A stretch of DNA of 64,000 bases from Nannocystis radixulma (GCF_028369095.1 NZ_JAQNDN010000024.1:345350-409349), one strand, 5' to 3'; positions 1 through 12,878 are shown, counted from the first letter of the stretch. The notes: generated by a model not told the origin, from the letters alone. Program-made: numbers and translations.

Positions 1-1578
1 CCTGGATCATCGCCGCCTCGACCTTGCGCGCCTTGCCGAGGCCGGCGAGGTGCATGGCGCTGGCGGCGAGCAGCTGCACGGCCTTGCCGATGGCCTCGGC
101 GGGGCCGTTCAGGCCCGCCTCGGCGGCAGCGGCGAGCCGGCCCTGGGCCTCCTGCATCCAGTCGATGAACAGCGCGCCGCCGCCGACCCGCAGCTTGCGG
201 CCGACCAGGTCCATGGCCTGGATGCCGTTGGTGCCCTCGTAGATCGAGCAGATCTTGACGTCGCGCACGAGCTGCTCGACGGGGTACTCGCCGATGTAAC
301 CGTAGCCGCCGTAGACCTGGACCGCGTTGACGGCGACCTCGAAGCCGAGGTCGGTGCAGGTGGCCTTGAGGATCGGCGTGAGCAGGTCGATGCGGCCGCG
401 CAGGCGCTCGCGCTCGGCCGCGTCTTCGCTGCCGTGCTCGCGGTCGACGCTCAACGCCATGCGCAGCAGGAGCGACCGCATCGCCTCGGTGTAGACCTTC
501 TGGGTCATCAGCATGCGGCGCACGTCCGGGTGCTGGACGATCGCCACGCTGGGGGCATCCTGGGTGCGAGCCTCGCGGATCGACTGGCCCTGGACGCGGT
601 CGCGGGCGTAGCCGCGGGCGTAGTTGTAGGCGGCGGCGGCGACGGCGTGGCCCTGCACGGCGACGCCGATCCGCGCCTCGTTCATCATCAGGAACATCAG
701 CTCGATGCCCTGGTTCTCCTGGCCGATCAGCACGCCGCGACACGGAGCGTCGCCGCCGAGGCCGAGCACGCAGGTCGAGGAGCCGTGGATGCCCATCTTC
801 TCCTCGATGCGCAGCACCTTGGCGGCGTTGCGCGCCCCGAGCACACCGCCGTCGGTGAACTCGTACTTGGGGACCATGAACAGCGACAGGCCCTTGGTGC
901 CCTTGCCGGCGTTCGGGGTGCGCGCGAGCACCAGGTGGACGATGTTGTCGGTGAGGTCCTGGTCGCCGCCGCTGATGAAGATCTTCTCGCCCTCGAGCAG
1001 GTAGACCCCGGGCTCGTCGGTCGGCGTGGCCCGGCAGCGGTTGTCGCCGACCGAGCTGCCGGCGCCCGCCTCGGTGAGACACATCGTGCCGCCCCACTCG
1101 CCGGTGAACATCTTGCGGGCGATCATCTCCCGCGTGTCCGCCGGACCGTGGGCCAGGATCACCCGCGCGGCGCCGACGCTGAGGCCGGCGTACATCATGA
1201 ACGCCATGCAGGCGCCGCACATCATCTCGCTCAGGCTGACGTGCATGGTGAAGGGCAGGCCGCTGCCGCCGAGCTCGCTCGGCGCCGAGGCCGCCAGCCA
1301 GCCGCCCTCGCGCATGGTGTCCCACGCCTCGCGGTAGCCCTTCGGGGTCTTCACGTTGCCGTCGCCGTCGAGCGTGCATCCTTCGAGATCGCCCGGGGCG
1401 TTGATCGGCGCGAGCACCTCGGTCGCCAGGCGCTTGCCCTCGTCGAGGGTGGCCTCGTACACCTCACGGTCGAGCTCGGCGAAGCGCGGGATCGCGGCGA
1501 GCTGCTCGTGCGCGGCGAGCTGGTCGAAGAGGACGAAGTGGAGATCGCGGAGGTCGACGGAGAAGCTGGTGGTGCTCA
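1..1578 (-). CDS. acyl-CoA dehydrogenase, FadE-like with long N-terminal domain; 3' end lies beyond the window edge
   Basis: Reverse-complement translation from GTG at 1578 (GAGGA RBS upstream) reads [27 protein letters not shown]...[22 protein letters not shown]..., typical of acyl-CoA dehydrogenases. It is absent from the ORF track because it runs off the window. The listed ORF 50..2383 + is its antisense artefact. Confidence 0.8.
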
Positions 1579-1780
1579 CGATTCCTCGTTTCGAGCCGCG
1601 GCGCGCAGGCGCCGTCGCACTGTGGTACTTCCTCGAACCGAGGGCGTCCAGGCCACAGGCACGGCTGCGCGCGAAGATCCGGGGGATCTCACCCCCAGAG
1701 GCCGCCAGCGCGGCGAACACGAGGTTCGTGAGGATGCAAGCGTCGCTGCGGCGGCCGCGAAACCCGGGGCAGCGTCAGAA

Positions 1781-2383
1781 TTGAGCGGCGTGTCGCAGGT
1801 GCTCCTGTTCAACAAGCCCTACGGGGTGCTGACGCAATTCACCGACCGCGAGGGTCGGCCGACCCTGGCCGAATTCATCGACGTGCCGGGCGTGTACGCC
1901 GCCGGTCGCCTCGACTTCGACAGCGAGGGCCTGGTGGTGCTGACGGACGACGGGGCGCTGCAACACCGGCTCAGCGATCCACGACACAAGCTGCCCAAGC
2001 GCTATCTGGTGCAGGTCGAGGGCATCGCCACGGAGGCGGCGCTGGACCGCCTGCGCGCAGGCGTGGTCCTCCGCGACGGCCCGACCGCACCCGCCGAGGT
2101 GAGGCTCGTCGACCCACCAGAGTTGTGGGAGCGAACACCGCCGATTCGCACGCGCCTGACGATCCCGACCTGCTGGTTGGAACTCGTTCTGCGCGAGGGC
2201 CGAAACCGCCAGGTGCGTCGCATGACGGCCGCGGTGGGGTTGCCGACGTTGCGTTTGGTTCGCTGGGCGATCGGACCGTGGACGGTCGAGGGCCTCGCCC
2301 CCGGGCAGTGGCGGGCAGCGGCGGCCGAGACAGCGCGTTCCCGGGGTCGGCGCCAGCTTTTCCGCCCGCGCCGGCCGTGCTAG
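1781..2383 (+). CDS. rluE: RluE/RsuA-family rRNA pseudouridine synthase
   Basis: Same frame as ORF 50..2383; [16 protein letters not shown]...[23 protein letters not shown]...KRYLVQVEG matches the RluE core. TTG at 1781 or GTG at 1790 could be the start. Confidence 0.75.
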   Translation: MSGVSQVLLFNKPYGVLTQFTDREGRPTLAEFIDVPGVYAAGRLDFDSEGLVVLTDDGALQHRLSDPRHKLPKRYLVQVEGIATEAALDRLRAGVVLRDGPTAPAEVRLVDPPELWERTPPIRTRLTIPTCWLELVLREGRNRQVRRMTAAVGLPTLRLVRWAIGPWTVEGLAPGQWRAAAAETARSRGRRQLFRPRRPC

Positions 2384-2398
2384 CGTCCTGCGAGCGCG

Positions 2399-4446
<2,048 letters not shown>

Positions 4447-4447
<1 letters not shown>

Positions 4448-5754
4448 TGCGCGTCGCGTTCGCCACGCACGGCTGTCGCCTCAACCAGTTCGAGTCCGAC
4501 GCCCTCGAACAGATGGCCCGCGCGGCCGGCCACACGGTCGTCGACGCCGAGGCCGCGCCGGAGCTGGTGGTCGTCAACACCTGCACGATCACCCACGAGG
4601 CCGACGCCGACGCGCGCCAGCACGTGCGTCGGGCCGCGCGCGCCGGCGCGAAGGTGGTGGTCACCGGCTGCTGGGCGACGGCCGCCCCCGAGGAGGCGGC
4701 GGCGCTGCCGGGGGTGACGCTGGTGGTCGGCAACCGCGAGAAGGAGCGGCTGGTGGAGCTGCTCTCGGGGACATGTGCAGATGGACATGTCCCGGAGATC
4801 CACGTGGCACCGGTCGACCTGGCCCGGCGGGTCCGCGTGGCCCGGCTGCGCCCCGCCGCCGATCCGCGGCGCAGCCGGGCGTACCTGAAGATCCAGGACG
4901 GCTGCGACTACCGTTGCAGCTTCTGCGTGGTGCCGCAGGTCCGCGGGCGCAGCGCGAGCGTGGCGCTCGACGAGGTGCGCGCGCAGCTGCAGGAGCTGGT
5001 GGCGGCGGGGGTGCCCGAGGTGGTGCTGACCGGGGTACACCTCGGGATCTACGGTCGCGATCTGCGGCCGCGGGCGTCGCTGTCGGGGCTGGTCGCCCAG
5101 TTGCTGCCGCACGTCGGGGCGGCGCGGCTGCGCCTCGGCTCGGTCGATCCGCACGAGGTCGACGACGACCTGGTGACGCTGTTGGCCAGCGAGCCGCGGC
5201 TGTGCCGGTATCTCCACCTGCCGGTGCAGAGCGGCGACGACGACACGCTGCGACGGATGCGTCGCGCCCACACGGCCGCCGACCTGCGCGCGCTGGTGCC
5301 TCGCCTCGCCGAGGTCGTGCCGGGGATCGGCGTCGGCACCGACGTGATCGTCGGCTTCCCTGGCGAGTCGGAGGCGGCCTTCGCGAACACCCATGCGCTG
5401 CTCGAGTCGCTGCCGCTGGCGTACCTGCATGTGTTCTCGTACTCGCCGCGGGCGGGCACGGATGCGGCCTGTCTTTCAGGGCAGGTCGATGCGGCGGTCA
5501 AGCAGCGCCGCGCGACGGCGCTGCGGGCGTTGTCGGCGGCGAAGCAGCAGGCGTTCGCGGCGGCGCAGGTGGGCCGGCGGGTGTCGGCGGTGATCCACCG
5601 CTCGCGTCACCGCCGGACGGGGCTGCTGGTCGGGCGCGCGGACAATGGATTGACGGTGCTGGCGGCCGGCGACGACGCGCTGCTGGGGCGGTCGGCGTGG
5701 ATCGAGGTCGAGCGGGCCGAGGGGCCGCTCGCGGTCGGGCGCCTGGTCGCCTGA
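4447..5754 (+). CDS. mtaB: MiaB/RimO-family radical-SAM methylthiotransferase (MtaB-like)
   Basis: ATG at 4447 overlaps the kinase stop (TGATG). MTTase N-domain VVNTCTIT..., radical-SAM motif CDYRCSFC, TRAM-like C-terminus. Confidence 0.85.
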
Positions 5755-5845
5755 GCGGCAGCGGCACGCGCGAGCGTCGAGCTCGCGTTGCCTCCACCAG
5801 CTAGCCTGGCCGCGAGGACATGTCCTGGCGGCCAGTGGCAAGCGG

Positions 5846-6661
5846 TCAGAGCGTCAGCTTCATGCCGTCGCGGGCGGCGACGGTGCTGGGGAAGTGCTCC
5901 TGCGCGGCCGCCTCGATCTTGCGCAGCATCTCGTCGTCGTGGGTCGGGTCGTGGCTGTAGAGCACGAGCTTGCGGACGTGAGCGGCGCGGGCCAGCTTGA
6001 CGGCCTCGGAGAAGGTGCTGTGGCCCCAGCCCTGCTTGCCGGCGCTGTACTCCTCGGAGGTGTACTGGGCGTCGTAGATCAGGACGTCTGCCCCTTCGGC
6101 CAGGTCACGCAGCGTCTCGTTGATGTGGTCGGGCGCGTGCTCGGTGTCGGTGGCGAACACGATCGACCTGCCGCGCTCGTCGATGCGGAAGGCGGTGCTC
6201 TCCTGCGGGTGCGGCAGCGGGATGTGGCGCAGCGTCGCCTCGGCGATGGTCGTGACCTCTTGCGGGAGCAGCTGGTGGAACAGCTTGGTCGAGCCCATCA
6301 CGTCGAGGCCGACGGGGAAGAACGGCGTCGACATCTGGCGGTCGAGGATCGTGCGCGCGTCCTTCGTGCAGTAGATGTGGAGCCGGAAGTCCGGCATGAA
6401 GGCCGGCGGGAAGAACGGGAAGCCCTGGATGTGATCCCAATGTGCGTGGGTCAAAAACAGGTGGATGACGCGCGAGTGCGCGGCTCGAGTCTGTACGAGT
6501 CGGATGCCGAGTTCGCGGATGCCCGAGCCCGAGTCGAAGATGATGGTGTCCGTCGTGCTCTCGAGCGCGATCTGAAGGCAGGGCGTGTTCCCGCCGAACT
6601 CCACGTACTTCGGCCCGGAAACTGGAATGCTGCCCCGGGTGCCCCAGAAAGTCACTTCCAT
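5846..6661 (-). CDS. MBL-fold metallo-hydrolase
   Basis: HLFLTHAHWDHIQG metallo-beta-lactamase motif; 271 aa; noticeably lower GC than its neighbours. Confidence 0.8.
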   Translation of the reverse strand: MEVTFWGTRGSIPVSGPKYVEFGGNTPCLQIALESTTDTIIFDSGSGIRELGIRLVQTRAAHSRVIHLFLTHAHWDHIQGFPFFPPAFMPDFRLHIYCTKDARTILDRQMSTPFFPVGLDVMGSTKLFHQLLPQEVTTIAEATLRHIPLPHPQESTAFRIDERGRSIVFATDTEHAPDHINETLRDLAEGADVLIYDAQYTSEEYSAGKQGWGHSTFSEAVKLARAAHVRKLVLYSHDPTHDDEMLRKIEAAAQEHFPSTVAARDGMKLTL

Positions 6662-7048
6662 GGGGCGCTATCCTTCGCTGGCTGCATGTTTCGCCGATGA
6701 TAGGGCAGAACAAATTCGGCTGGCAAGCACGGGCCCATGGCACCTCGGAGGTCGGACGGAGATGATATCGCAGTCCGGCCGCGAAGGGGCACGCGCACCA
6801 GGCGGTCGCAACCCGGTAAAGGCGCCTCGGCGGGGCCGCGGGGGAGTCGGGAAACGCCGGGGTTTTTCGCCGCCACCGGGCCGGAAGGCGCGGCTGGGCG
6901 CCCGCAGGCCACTTGCGACGGCTACCGAGGCGTGGGCGACCCGGGCCCACATGGCGCTTGGCGCGTGAGGCGGCGCCGCCGAATTCGCGCGTGGCCGATG
7001 GTTCATGGCGAAGCGCACCGGTTTATTCGGGGGGCCGATCCCGGCGAC

Positions 7049-8266
7049 TCAGCCGATGATCATGTCCTCGCGGCGGGCCACACCCCCGGCGGCGAAGCGA
7101 CCCGGGGACCAGCGCGCGAGCATCGGGTGGGCCTCGCCGTCGACGAGCCAGCGCGCCAACAGTCGGCCGACGGCCGGCGCCATCATGAAGCCGTGGCCGG
7201 TGAAGCCGCAGACCTGAATGAAATCGGGGTGTCCGGGGCTGGGGCCGACGATCGCGTCGCCGTCGGGCGAGACGTCGTAAGGACCGACCCACTGGCGCAG
7301 GACCTTCATCGCCGCGGTGATCGGCATCAGCCGCGTGAGCGTGCGGCTCAGGTGGGTGAGGAAGCGGAGGCTGGAGTGGAGGGTGAGGCTCTCGTCGCTG
7401 CCGTCGGGCGCGTCGGGCAGGCTGATGCCGGTGACGAGCTCGCCGCGGGTGCTCTGAGAGAAGTAGAGGCCGGTCGAGAGGTCGACGACCAGGGGGTCGA
7501 GGAACGGCTTGAGCGGCTCGGACGAGAGGATCTCGTGGCGGTGCGGCTTGTTGGGCAGGTCGATGCCGAGCTGCCGGTTGAGCGCGCCGGACCAGGCGCC
7601 GGTGGCGTTGACGACCCGGGCGGCGCGCACGACCTCGCCGGTCGACAGGTGCAGCGCGTAGCCGCGGGCCAGCGGCTCGACGCGGGTGACGCTGGTGTGG
7701 GTGCGCAGGAGGACGCCGCGCTCGACCGCCTTGGCGGCGTAACCCCACACGAAGGCCCACGGGAAGACGACCCCGTCCTCGGGGTTGAAGGTGGCGAGCC
7801 GGACCTCGGCGACGTCGAGCTGCGGGACGATCGCCTGCGCCTCGGCGGCGGTGAGCAGGCGAGTCGGCGCGCCGACCTCGGCGTGGAGGTGGACGTTGCG
7901 CTCGAGCCGACGCTCGCCGGCCTCGCTGCGGGCCAGGAACAAGTAGCCGCCCTGGCGGAACCACAGGTTGATGCCGAGTTGCTGCGCGAGGTCCTTGCAC
8001 AGCTCGATGCTGTCCATCATCAGGCGGACGTTGCCGGCGTCGCCCCACTGCATGCGCACGCCGCCGCCGTTGCGGCCGGAGGCGCCGCTGACGAGGTAGC
8101 TGCGCTCGATGACGGCGACCGACAGCGGCGGCTTGCCCTTCGCACCTGTCCCGGAGAGCAGGGCCAGGTGGTAGGCGAGCCCCAGGCCCATGATGCCGCC
8201 GCCGATCACGGCGACGTCGACGTCGGCCGGCAGGGCGGTGTCGGAACGGCCCATCGCTGCCGTCAT
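7049..8266 (-). CDS. FAD-dependent oxidoreductase, sarcosine oxidase beta / HcnC / OoxB-like subunit
   Basis: DVDVAVIGGGIMGLGLAYHLA...GRNGGGVRM... The ATG at 8266 overlaps the stop of the upstream small gene. The rest of ORF 7049..10048 is an Arg-rich artefact. Confidence 0.8.
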   Translation of the reverse strand: MTAAMGRSDTALPADVDVAVIGGGIMGLGLAYHLALLSGTGAKGKPPLSVAVIERSYLVSGASGRNGGGVRMQWGDAGNVRLMMDSIELCKDLAQQLGINLWFRQGGYLFLARSEAGERRLERNVHLHAEVGAPTRLLTAAEAQAIVPQLDVAEVRLATFNPEDGVVFPWAFVWGYAAKAVERGVLLRTHTSVTRVEPLARGYALHLSTGEVVRAARVVNATGAWSGALNRQLGIDLPNKPHRHEILSSEPLKPFLDPLVVDLSTGLYFSQSTRGELVTGISLPDAPDGSDESLTLHSSLRFLTHLSRTLTRLMPITAAMKVLRQWVGPYDVSPDGDAIVGPSPGHPDFIQVCGFTGHGFMMAPAVGRLLARWLVDGEAHPMLARWSPGRFAAGGVARREDMIIG

Positions 8267-8562
8267 GGCGAGGGATCCTCCGGGGTGTCGGGGCCGGTGG
8301 CGCCGGCCGCGAGGGCGCCGAAGGTGACCGGCTCGACCGGCGGGCGCGCGGTGAACGGCCGCAGCCCCGTCGCCGGCACGAGGCCGCGGGCGACCAACAG
8401 GCGGCCGAGGGCCGACAGGCACTCCTTGCCCTGGCACGGGCCGGTGCCGAGGCCGGTGTAGCGCTTGATCTCCTCGACGTCGGCGAGGCCGACGGCGATC
8501 GCCCGCTCGATCTCGCCGAGCGTGACGTCCTCGCAGCGACAGACGAAGGTGCGCGCGGTCAT
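8263..8562 (-). CDS. (2Fe-2S)-binding small subunit (HcnA / BFD-like)
   Basis: 99 aa; CRCEDVTLGEIERAI...GTGPCQGKEC cysteine pattern. Confidence 0.75.
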   Translation of the reverse strand: MTARTFVCRCEDVTLGEIERAIAVGLADVEEIKRYTGLGTGPCQGKECLSALGRLLVARGLVPATGLRPFTARPPVEPVTFGALAAGATGPDTPEDPSP

Positions 8563-8599
8563 GGTTGGCCTCGGAGCCGGGGGAAAGCAGAAGGGGAGG

Positions 8600-8765
8600 A
8601 TAGGGCTGTCCGCGGGGACATGTGCGAGCGCGGGGCGGACGACGGGGCCTGCCGGCGCGAGGGGGCTGTCCGCGGGGACATGTGGGAACGGGGGGCGGCT
8701 GTCCGCGGGGACAGGTGCGGGCGCGGCGACTCAGGCGCGGGCATGGCTGTCCTTCGGGGCAGGTG
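8600..8765. repeat. four copies of the hairpin repeat GGCTGTCC-GCGG-GGACA(T/G)GTG between the subunit genes of the HcnABC-like operon
   Basis: CTGTCC at about 8606, 8666, 8698 and 8747, each followed 3-5 nt later by GGACAKG. The last copy overlaps the C-terminus of the large-subunit gene. Confidence 0.8.
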
Positions 8766-10032
8766 ACTCGGCGAGCGCGCGCACGAGGGCGGCGGCGCAG
8801 CGGTCGACGCTGGCCTGGATCTCCGCGGGGGTGGTCGCGCCGGCCAGCTCGCCGACGGCCCACAGGGTCCACGGCGGCGGGGGGGCGGTTTGGGCGTCGG
8901 CGGCCTCGAGCGGGTGAGCGGCCGGGCCGGCGGCGATCCGGCCGTCGGCGTCGCACTCGGGGGCGAAGCCGGCCCCGGTGAAGCGGATCGGCGCGCCGGC
9001 CTGGGCGGCCAGCTCGAACGCGGGGGCCGGGTCGGGGGCGAGGGCGACGAGGTCGCAGCGGAGGATCTTGCCGTCGTCGAGCTGCACGCCCTTGACCCGG
9101 CGGGCGCCGAGCAGCTTGTGCACGCGCGCCGGGGCGACCCGCTCGGCGCCGAGGCCGGCGGCGAGCAGTTCGGCGCGGGGACCCTCGCCGATGACGACGA
9201 CGCGCGCGGCGAGGCGGCGGCCTGTCTGTTCGAGCATGTCCGTGAGGCCACGTGCCGAGACGACCCCGGGGAGGTCGTTGTTGGCCAGCGGGATGGTCGG
9301 CTCGTGGGCGCCGACGGCCAGCACGACGTGGCGCGGGCGCAGCCGGTGGAGCACGGGCGGGTGCTCGGAGGCGGCCGCCCACAGCCGCTCCTGCGGGTAG
9401 CAGGCGAACACGCCGACGCCGGCGAGCAGGTGGGCCGGGCGGTCGGCGGCGGGCAGGGCGGCGGCGGGCCGACGCTCGACGACCAGCGGCGGACGCCCGG
9501 CGGCGGCGAGGGCGGCCGCGAGCGCGCGGCCGGAGCGACCTGCCCCGATGACCAGGACCTCGGGGACATGGTCGAAGAGACCGGCGGCGTCGTCGGGCGG
9601 GGCGTCGGGCAGCTCGCCGAAGCCGGCCAGCTCGCGGGCGACGCCCTGCATCATCTGGTTGGCGAGCCGGGGGTAGACGACGAGGTGGTGGTGGTCGATG
9701 CCGCGGCGGAAGATCTGGTCGACGAGGGCGGTCGGGTCGAGGCCGCCGTAGGTGTTCTGCGGCTCGACGACCATGTCCTCGCGGACAGGCGTGAGGCAGG
9801 CGCGCTGGTTGGGCCGGCCGTCGACGCGCACCAGGCAGGTGCCGCAGCCGCCGTGGAGGCAGGCCGGGCCGCGCAGGCGGCGGTACTTGGCGCTGCGGCT
9901 GGTGGCGAGCTCGCCCGCGGCGATCAGCGCCGAGGCGACGGTGTCGCCGGGACAGGCGGCGACGGCGGCGCCGTCCCAGCGGAAGGTGAGCGTCGGCGGC
10001 CCGGGCGGAGCGAGCAGAGGTGCCTTGGGCAC
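8731..10032 (-). CDS. pyridine-nucleotide-disulfide oxidoreductase with N-terminal 2Fe-2S domain (HcnB / OoxA-like large subunit)
   Basis: 2Fe-2S-like N-terminus ...ACLHGGCGTCLVRVDG...; FAD/NAD Rossmann VLVIGAGRSGRALAAAL and VVVIGEGPRAELLA. GTG near 10032 is the preferred start; the ATG at 10227 adds an Arg-rich leader. Confidence 0.65.
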   Translation of the reverse strand: MPKAPLLAPPGPPTLTFRWDGAAVAACPGDTVASALIAAGELATSRSAKYRRLRGPACLHGGCGTCLVRVDGRPNQRACLTPVREDMVVEPQNTYGGLDPTALVDQIFRRGIDHHHLVVYPRLANQMMQGVARELAGFGELPDAPPDDAAGLFDHVPEVLVIGAGRSGRALAAALAAAGRPPLVVERRPAAALPAADRPAHLLAGVGVFACYPQERLWAAASEHPPVLHRLRPRHVVLAVGAHEPTIPLANNDLPGVVSARGLTDMLEQTGRRLAARVVVIGEGPRAELLAAGLGAERVAPARVHKLLGARRVKGVQLDDGKILRCDLVALAPDPAPAFELAAQAGAPIRFTGAGFAPECDADGRIAAGPAAHPLEAADAQTAPPPPWTLWAVGELAGATTPAEIQASVDRCAAALVRALAESPAPKDSHARA

Positions 10033-10251
10033 GGGCCTGCGATAGCACGCCGCGCCGCGCGAAGACACAGGCGCCGGCCGCCGCGCCGCTTGCCCTCGGT
10101 CACGAGCGCCGGCGTCCGTGACAAGGTGGTGGGCGGCGCGAGAATGGCGACGCGATCGGCGACGGTCCGCAGCGCGGAGCGGCCAGCGTTCACGGCGGTG
10201 GTCAGCGCGTCGCGGACCGGTGTGCAACCTGCTGCCGGGTTGCGTGCGGTC

Positions 10252-10983
10252 TCAGACGCGCGGCGGGCGGGGGCCGAAGATCGCGGTGCCGACGCGGACC
10301 ATGGTCGCGCCTTCCTCGATCGCTACCTCGAAGTCGGAGCTCATGCCCATCGACAAGTGGGTCAACTCGACGCCGGGGCGGGCCACGGCGGCTTCGCGGC
10401 GCGCCAGCTCGCGCAGGCGGGCGAAGTACGGCCGGGTCTGCTCCGGCTCGCCCTCGGGCGGGATCGCCATGAGGCCGACGCAGCGCAGCTCGGGGCGGGC
10501 GGCGACGAGGTCGAGCAGCGCGGGCAGCTCGGCCGCGCTGACGCCGGCCTTCTGCGCCTCGTCGCCGACGTTGACCTCGACCAGGATCTCGAGCGGGGTG
10601 GTGGCGCCGCGACCGGCCCGCAGACGGGCGACCTCGCGGGCGAGCTCGTCGACGAGGGCGGGCCGATCGACGGTGTGGACCAGGGCGCCGACGCCGACGA
10701 CCTTGCGGACCTTGTTGGTCTGCAGCGGGCCGATGAAGTGCCAGCGCGGGGGGACGACGGCGGCGGCGACGGCCTCGGCCTTGGCGACCAGCTCCTGGGC
10801 GTAGTTCTCGCCGAAGTCGCCGAGGCCGGCGCGGCGGGCCGCGATCACGGCCTCGGCGGGCTGCTTCTTGCCGACGCCGATCAGGATCGGCTCGAGGCCG
10901 GGGCCGCGGCGGGCCACGGCGGCGGCGATCCGCGCGCGCACGGCGGCGAGGTTGGCGGCGATGTCGTCTGGCTCCAAGGACAT
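10252..10983 (-). CDS. yggS: YggS-family PLP-binding homeostasis protein
   Basis: ILIGVGKKQP...HFIGPLQTNK... alanine-racemase-N fold, 243 aa. Confidence 0.85.
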   Translation of the reverse strand: MSLEPDDIAANLAAVRARIAAAVARRGPGLEPILIGVGKKQPAEAVIAARRAGLGDFGENYAQELVAKAEAVAAAVVPPRWHFIGPLQTNKVRKVVGVGALVHTVDRPALVDELAREVARLRAGRGATTPLEILVEVNVGDEAQKAGVSAAELPALLDLVAARPELRCVGLMAIPPEGEPEQTRPYFARLRELARREAAVARPGVELTHLSMGMSSDFEVAIEEGATMVRVGTAIFGPRPPRV

Positions 10984-11044
10984 GTGACTCGGGATAGGTG
11001 CGAAAGAGCAGGTTTAAAAATCGCTGGCCCGGAGCGGCCGGCGG

Positions 11045-11926
11045 CTACTGCGGCAGGCAGGTGGCCGGGGCGGCGGCGCCGGCGAAGGTCGGGCCCATGT
11101 CGCGGTAGGTGTGGGCGCGCCAGAAGTCGCGCGGGTCCTCGGCCAGGTGGAGCGTGCGGTCGTCGCCGGTGCCGGTGACGGTGATCGCGGTCTCGAGGCC
11201 GTCGTGGCGCAGCGGGAACGACAGCGCCAGCCGGTCGCCGCGCTGGCGGTAGGTGAGGGTCTCGGTGGTCCACTCGTCGTAGTCGCCGCGGTGGTGCCAG
11301 CCGACGCCGCGGCCGTCGATCGCCTGCGGCTGCAGCTGGTAGATCGAGAAGCCCATGCCGCCGGTGGCGTAGCGGACCTCCTCGCCCCACAGCCGCCCGC
11401 CGATCCGGTCTCTGGCCGTGAGGACAGGTCCTTCGGAGCCTGTCGCTCGGGGCATGTCCTCGGGGCCATCGAAGCAGGGGGCGTCGGTGGCCGCTGCCGG
11501 GGCTTTGAAGTAGCGGGCGCCGCCGGCCTCGCGCGGGTCGTCGTCGAGGACCAGCCAGGTGCGGCCGCCGCCTTCCTCGAGGCGGTAGGGGACGCGCCGG
11601 CGCTCGCCGGTCTTGCGGAAGGTCAGCTCGAGGACGCCGCCCTGGGCGCTGTAGTCGAAGCTGTGGGTGTTGGTCAGGCCGACCTTGCCGTAGCGGTAGA
11701 GGCCGAAGCCGCCCTCGTGGAAGAACCAGAAGCGCATGCGGTCGCCCTCGGCGAGGGCGTCGAAGCGGTGCCACACGCCCAGCAGCGCGGGGTCGACGGC
11801 CTCGATCGCACAGCTGTCCTCGGGGACAGGATCGGGGGGCGCGAGCGGCGAGGCGATGATGAACGGGGCCGACAGCGCGAGGACCGCGAGGAGGTAGACG
11901 CTCGAGAGACAGAAGGGGCGCCGCAT
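11045..11926 (-). CDS. hypothetical secreted protein
   Basis: Signal peptide MRRPFCLSSVYLLAVLALSAPFIIASP; ATG at 11926. The upstream part of ORF 11045..12607 is an artefact. Contains two repeat-core copies in-frame, encoding PEDM and PVPED. Confidence 0.5.
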   Translation of the reverse strand: MRRPFCLSSVYLLAVLALSAPFIIASPLAPPDPVPEDSCAIEAVDPALLGVWHRFDALAEGDRMRFWFFHEGGFGLYRYGKVGLTNTHSFDYSAQGGVLELTFRKTGERRRVPYRLEEGGGRTWLVLDDDPREAGGARYFKAPAAATDAPCFDGPEDMPRATGSEGPVLTARDRIGGRLWGEEVRYATGGMGFSIYQLQPQAIDGRGVGWHHRGDYDEWTTETLTYRQRGDRLALSFPLRHDGLETAITVTGTGDDRTLHLAEDPRDFWRAHTYRDMGPTFAGAAAPATCLPQ

Positions 11927-12281
11927 GACCGGGATGGTAGCACGCGCGAACGCACGGCCCGGAGGCGCGGACGCCTGGCCGGCGTGAACAGCCGCGCGTC
12001 GCGGCAGCGGCCGCTTGCGCGGAGGTCCGGCGTGCCGACGCGAAGGCTGCGCGGAGCATCGACCGGGCGGGTGCGCGGCGAGGTTGTGCGCGGCCGAGGC
12101 GAGCTGCCGCGTCGCTGGACGGCGGGCGAAGAGGCTTTGCCGTGACGGGGAGCGGAGCGCAGATGGCGGAGCTGCTCGTGGGCGTGCCAGGAGATGTTCG
12201 CGCCCGCGAGGCCGCATGACGTCGAGGTGCGGCTGCCGCGGCGGTTGCACCCGGGCCGCCGATCCGGCAGATCCGCGGGCC

Positions 12282-12878
12282 ATGTCCGGACAGCCGCAGC
12301 CCTCCTCGACCCTCGTCCTCGCGTCGGCGTCGCCGCGTCGCGCCGAGCTGCTCCGCTCGGCCGGGATCGCGTTCACGCGCGCGCCGGTCGACTGTGACGA
12401 GACGTGGTTCCCCGACGAGCCGCCGCCGAGGTACGTCGAGCGGGTGGCGCGGGCCAAGGCAGAGCTGGCCTTTCGGCCAGGTGTGGTGGTGCTGGCGGCC
12501 GACACGACGGTCTGGCTCGAAGGACAGATCGAGCCGCTGGCCAAGGCGGCCGACCGCGCGGAGGCGGCCGCGATGCTGACGCGCCTGGCCGGACGCTCGC
12601 ACTTCACGACGACGGCGGTGGCGGTCGCCGACGCCCGCGGGCCCGAGGTCCGCTGGCACCCGTTCGCAGTGACGACGACGGTGTGGTTCCGGCCGCTGAC
12701 GCCGGCGCAGATCGATCGCTACCTCGACACGGAGGAGTGGCGCGACAAGGCGGGGGCCTACGGGATCCAGGGCGCGGCGGCCGGCCTGGTGCGCCGGATC
12801 GAGGGCAGCTACACCAACGTGGTCGGGCTGCCGCTCGCGGAGGTGGTGGAGCTGGTGGAGACGCTGGCGCTCGGCTGA
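12282..12878 (+). CDS. maf: Maf-like nucleoside triphosphate pyrophosphatase
   Basis: LVLASASPRRAELL...GAYGIQG Maf motifs; ATG at 12282 is in frame with ORF 12015..12878. Confidence 0.85.
   Translation: MSGQPQPSSTLVLASASPRRAELLRSAGIAFTRAPVDCDETWFPDEPPPRYVERVARAKAELAFRPGVVVLAADTTVWLEGQIEPLAKAADRAEAAAMLTRLAGRSHFTTTAVAVADARGPEVRWHPFAVTTTVWFRPLTPAQIDRYLDTEEWRDKAGAYGIQGAAAGLVRRIEGSYTNVVGLPLAEVVELVETLALG

Noticed and set aside
50-2383. 777-aa ORF on the + strand
   Set aside because: Ala/Arg/Gly-rich low-complexity translation typical of antisense frames in >70% GC DNA. It overlaps the real acyl-CoA dehydrogenase on the minus strand. Only its 3' third (rluE, 1781-2383) is real.
6662-7048. Terminator-like hairpin with T-run (GGGAAACGCCGGGGTTTTTCGCC) near 6855
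   Set aside because: The stem is weak or imperfect and the orientation does not fit either flanking gene's 3' end. Likely chance.
8267-10048. N-terminal 600 aa of the 999-aa ORF 7049..10048 -
   Set aside because: Poly-Arg/Pro low-complexity. The SoxB-like domain begins at the internal ATG at 8266. The upstream genes are in other frames.
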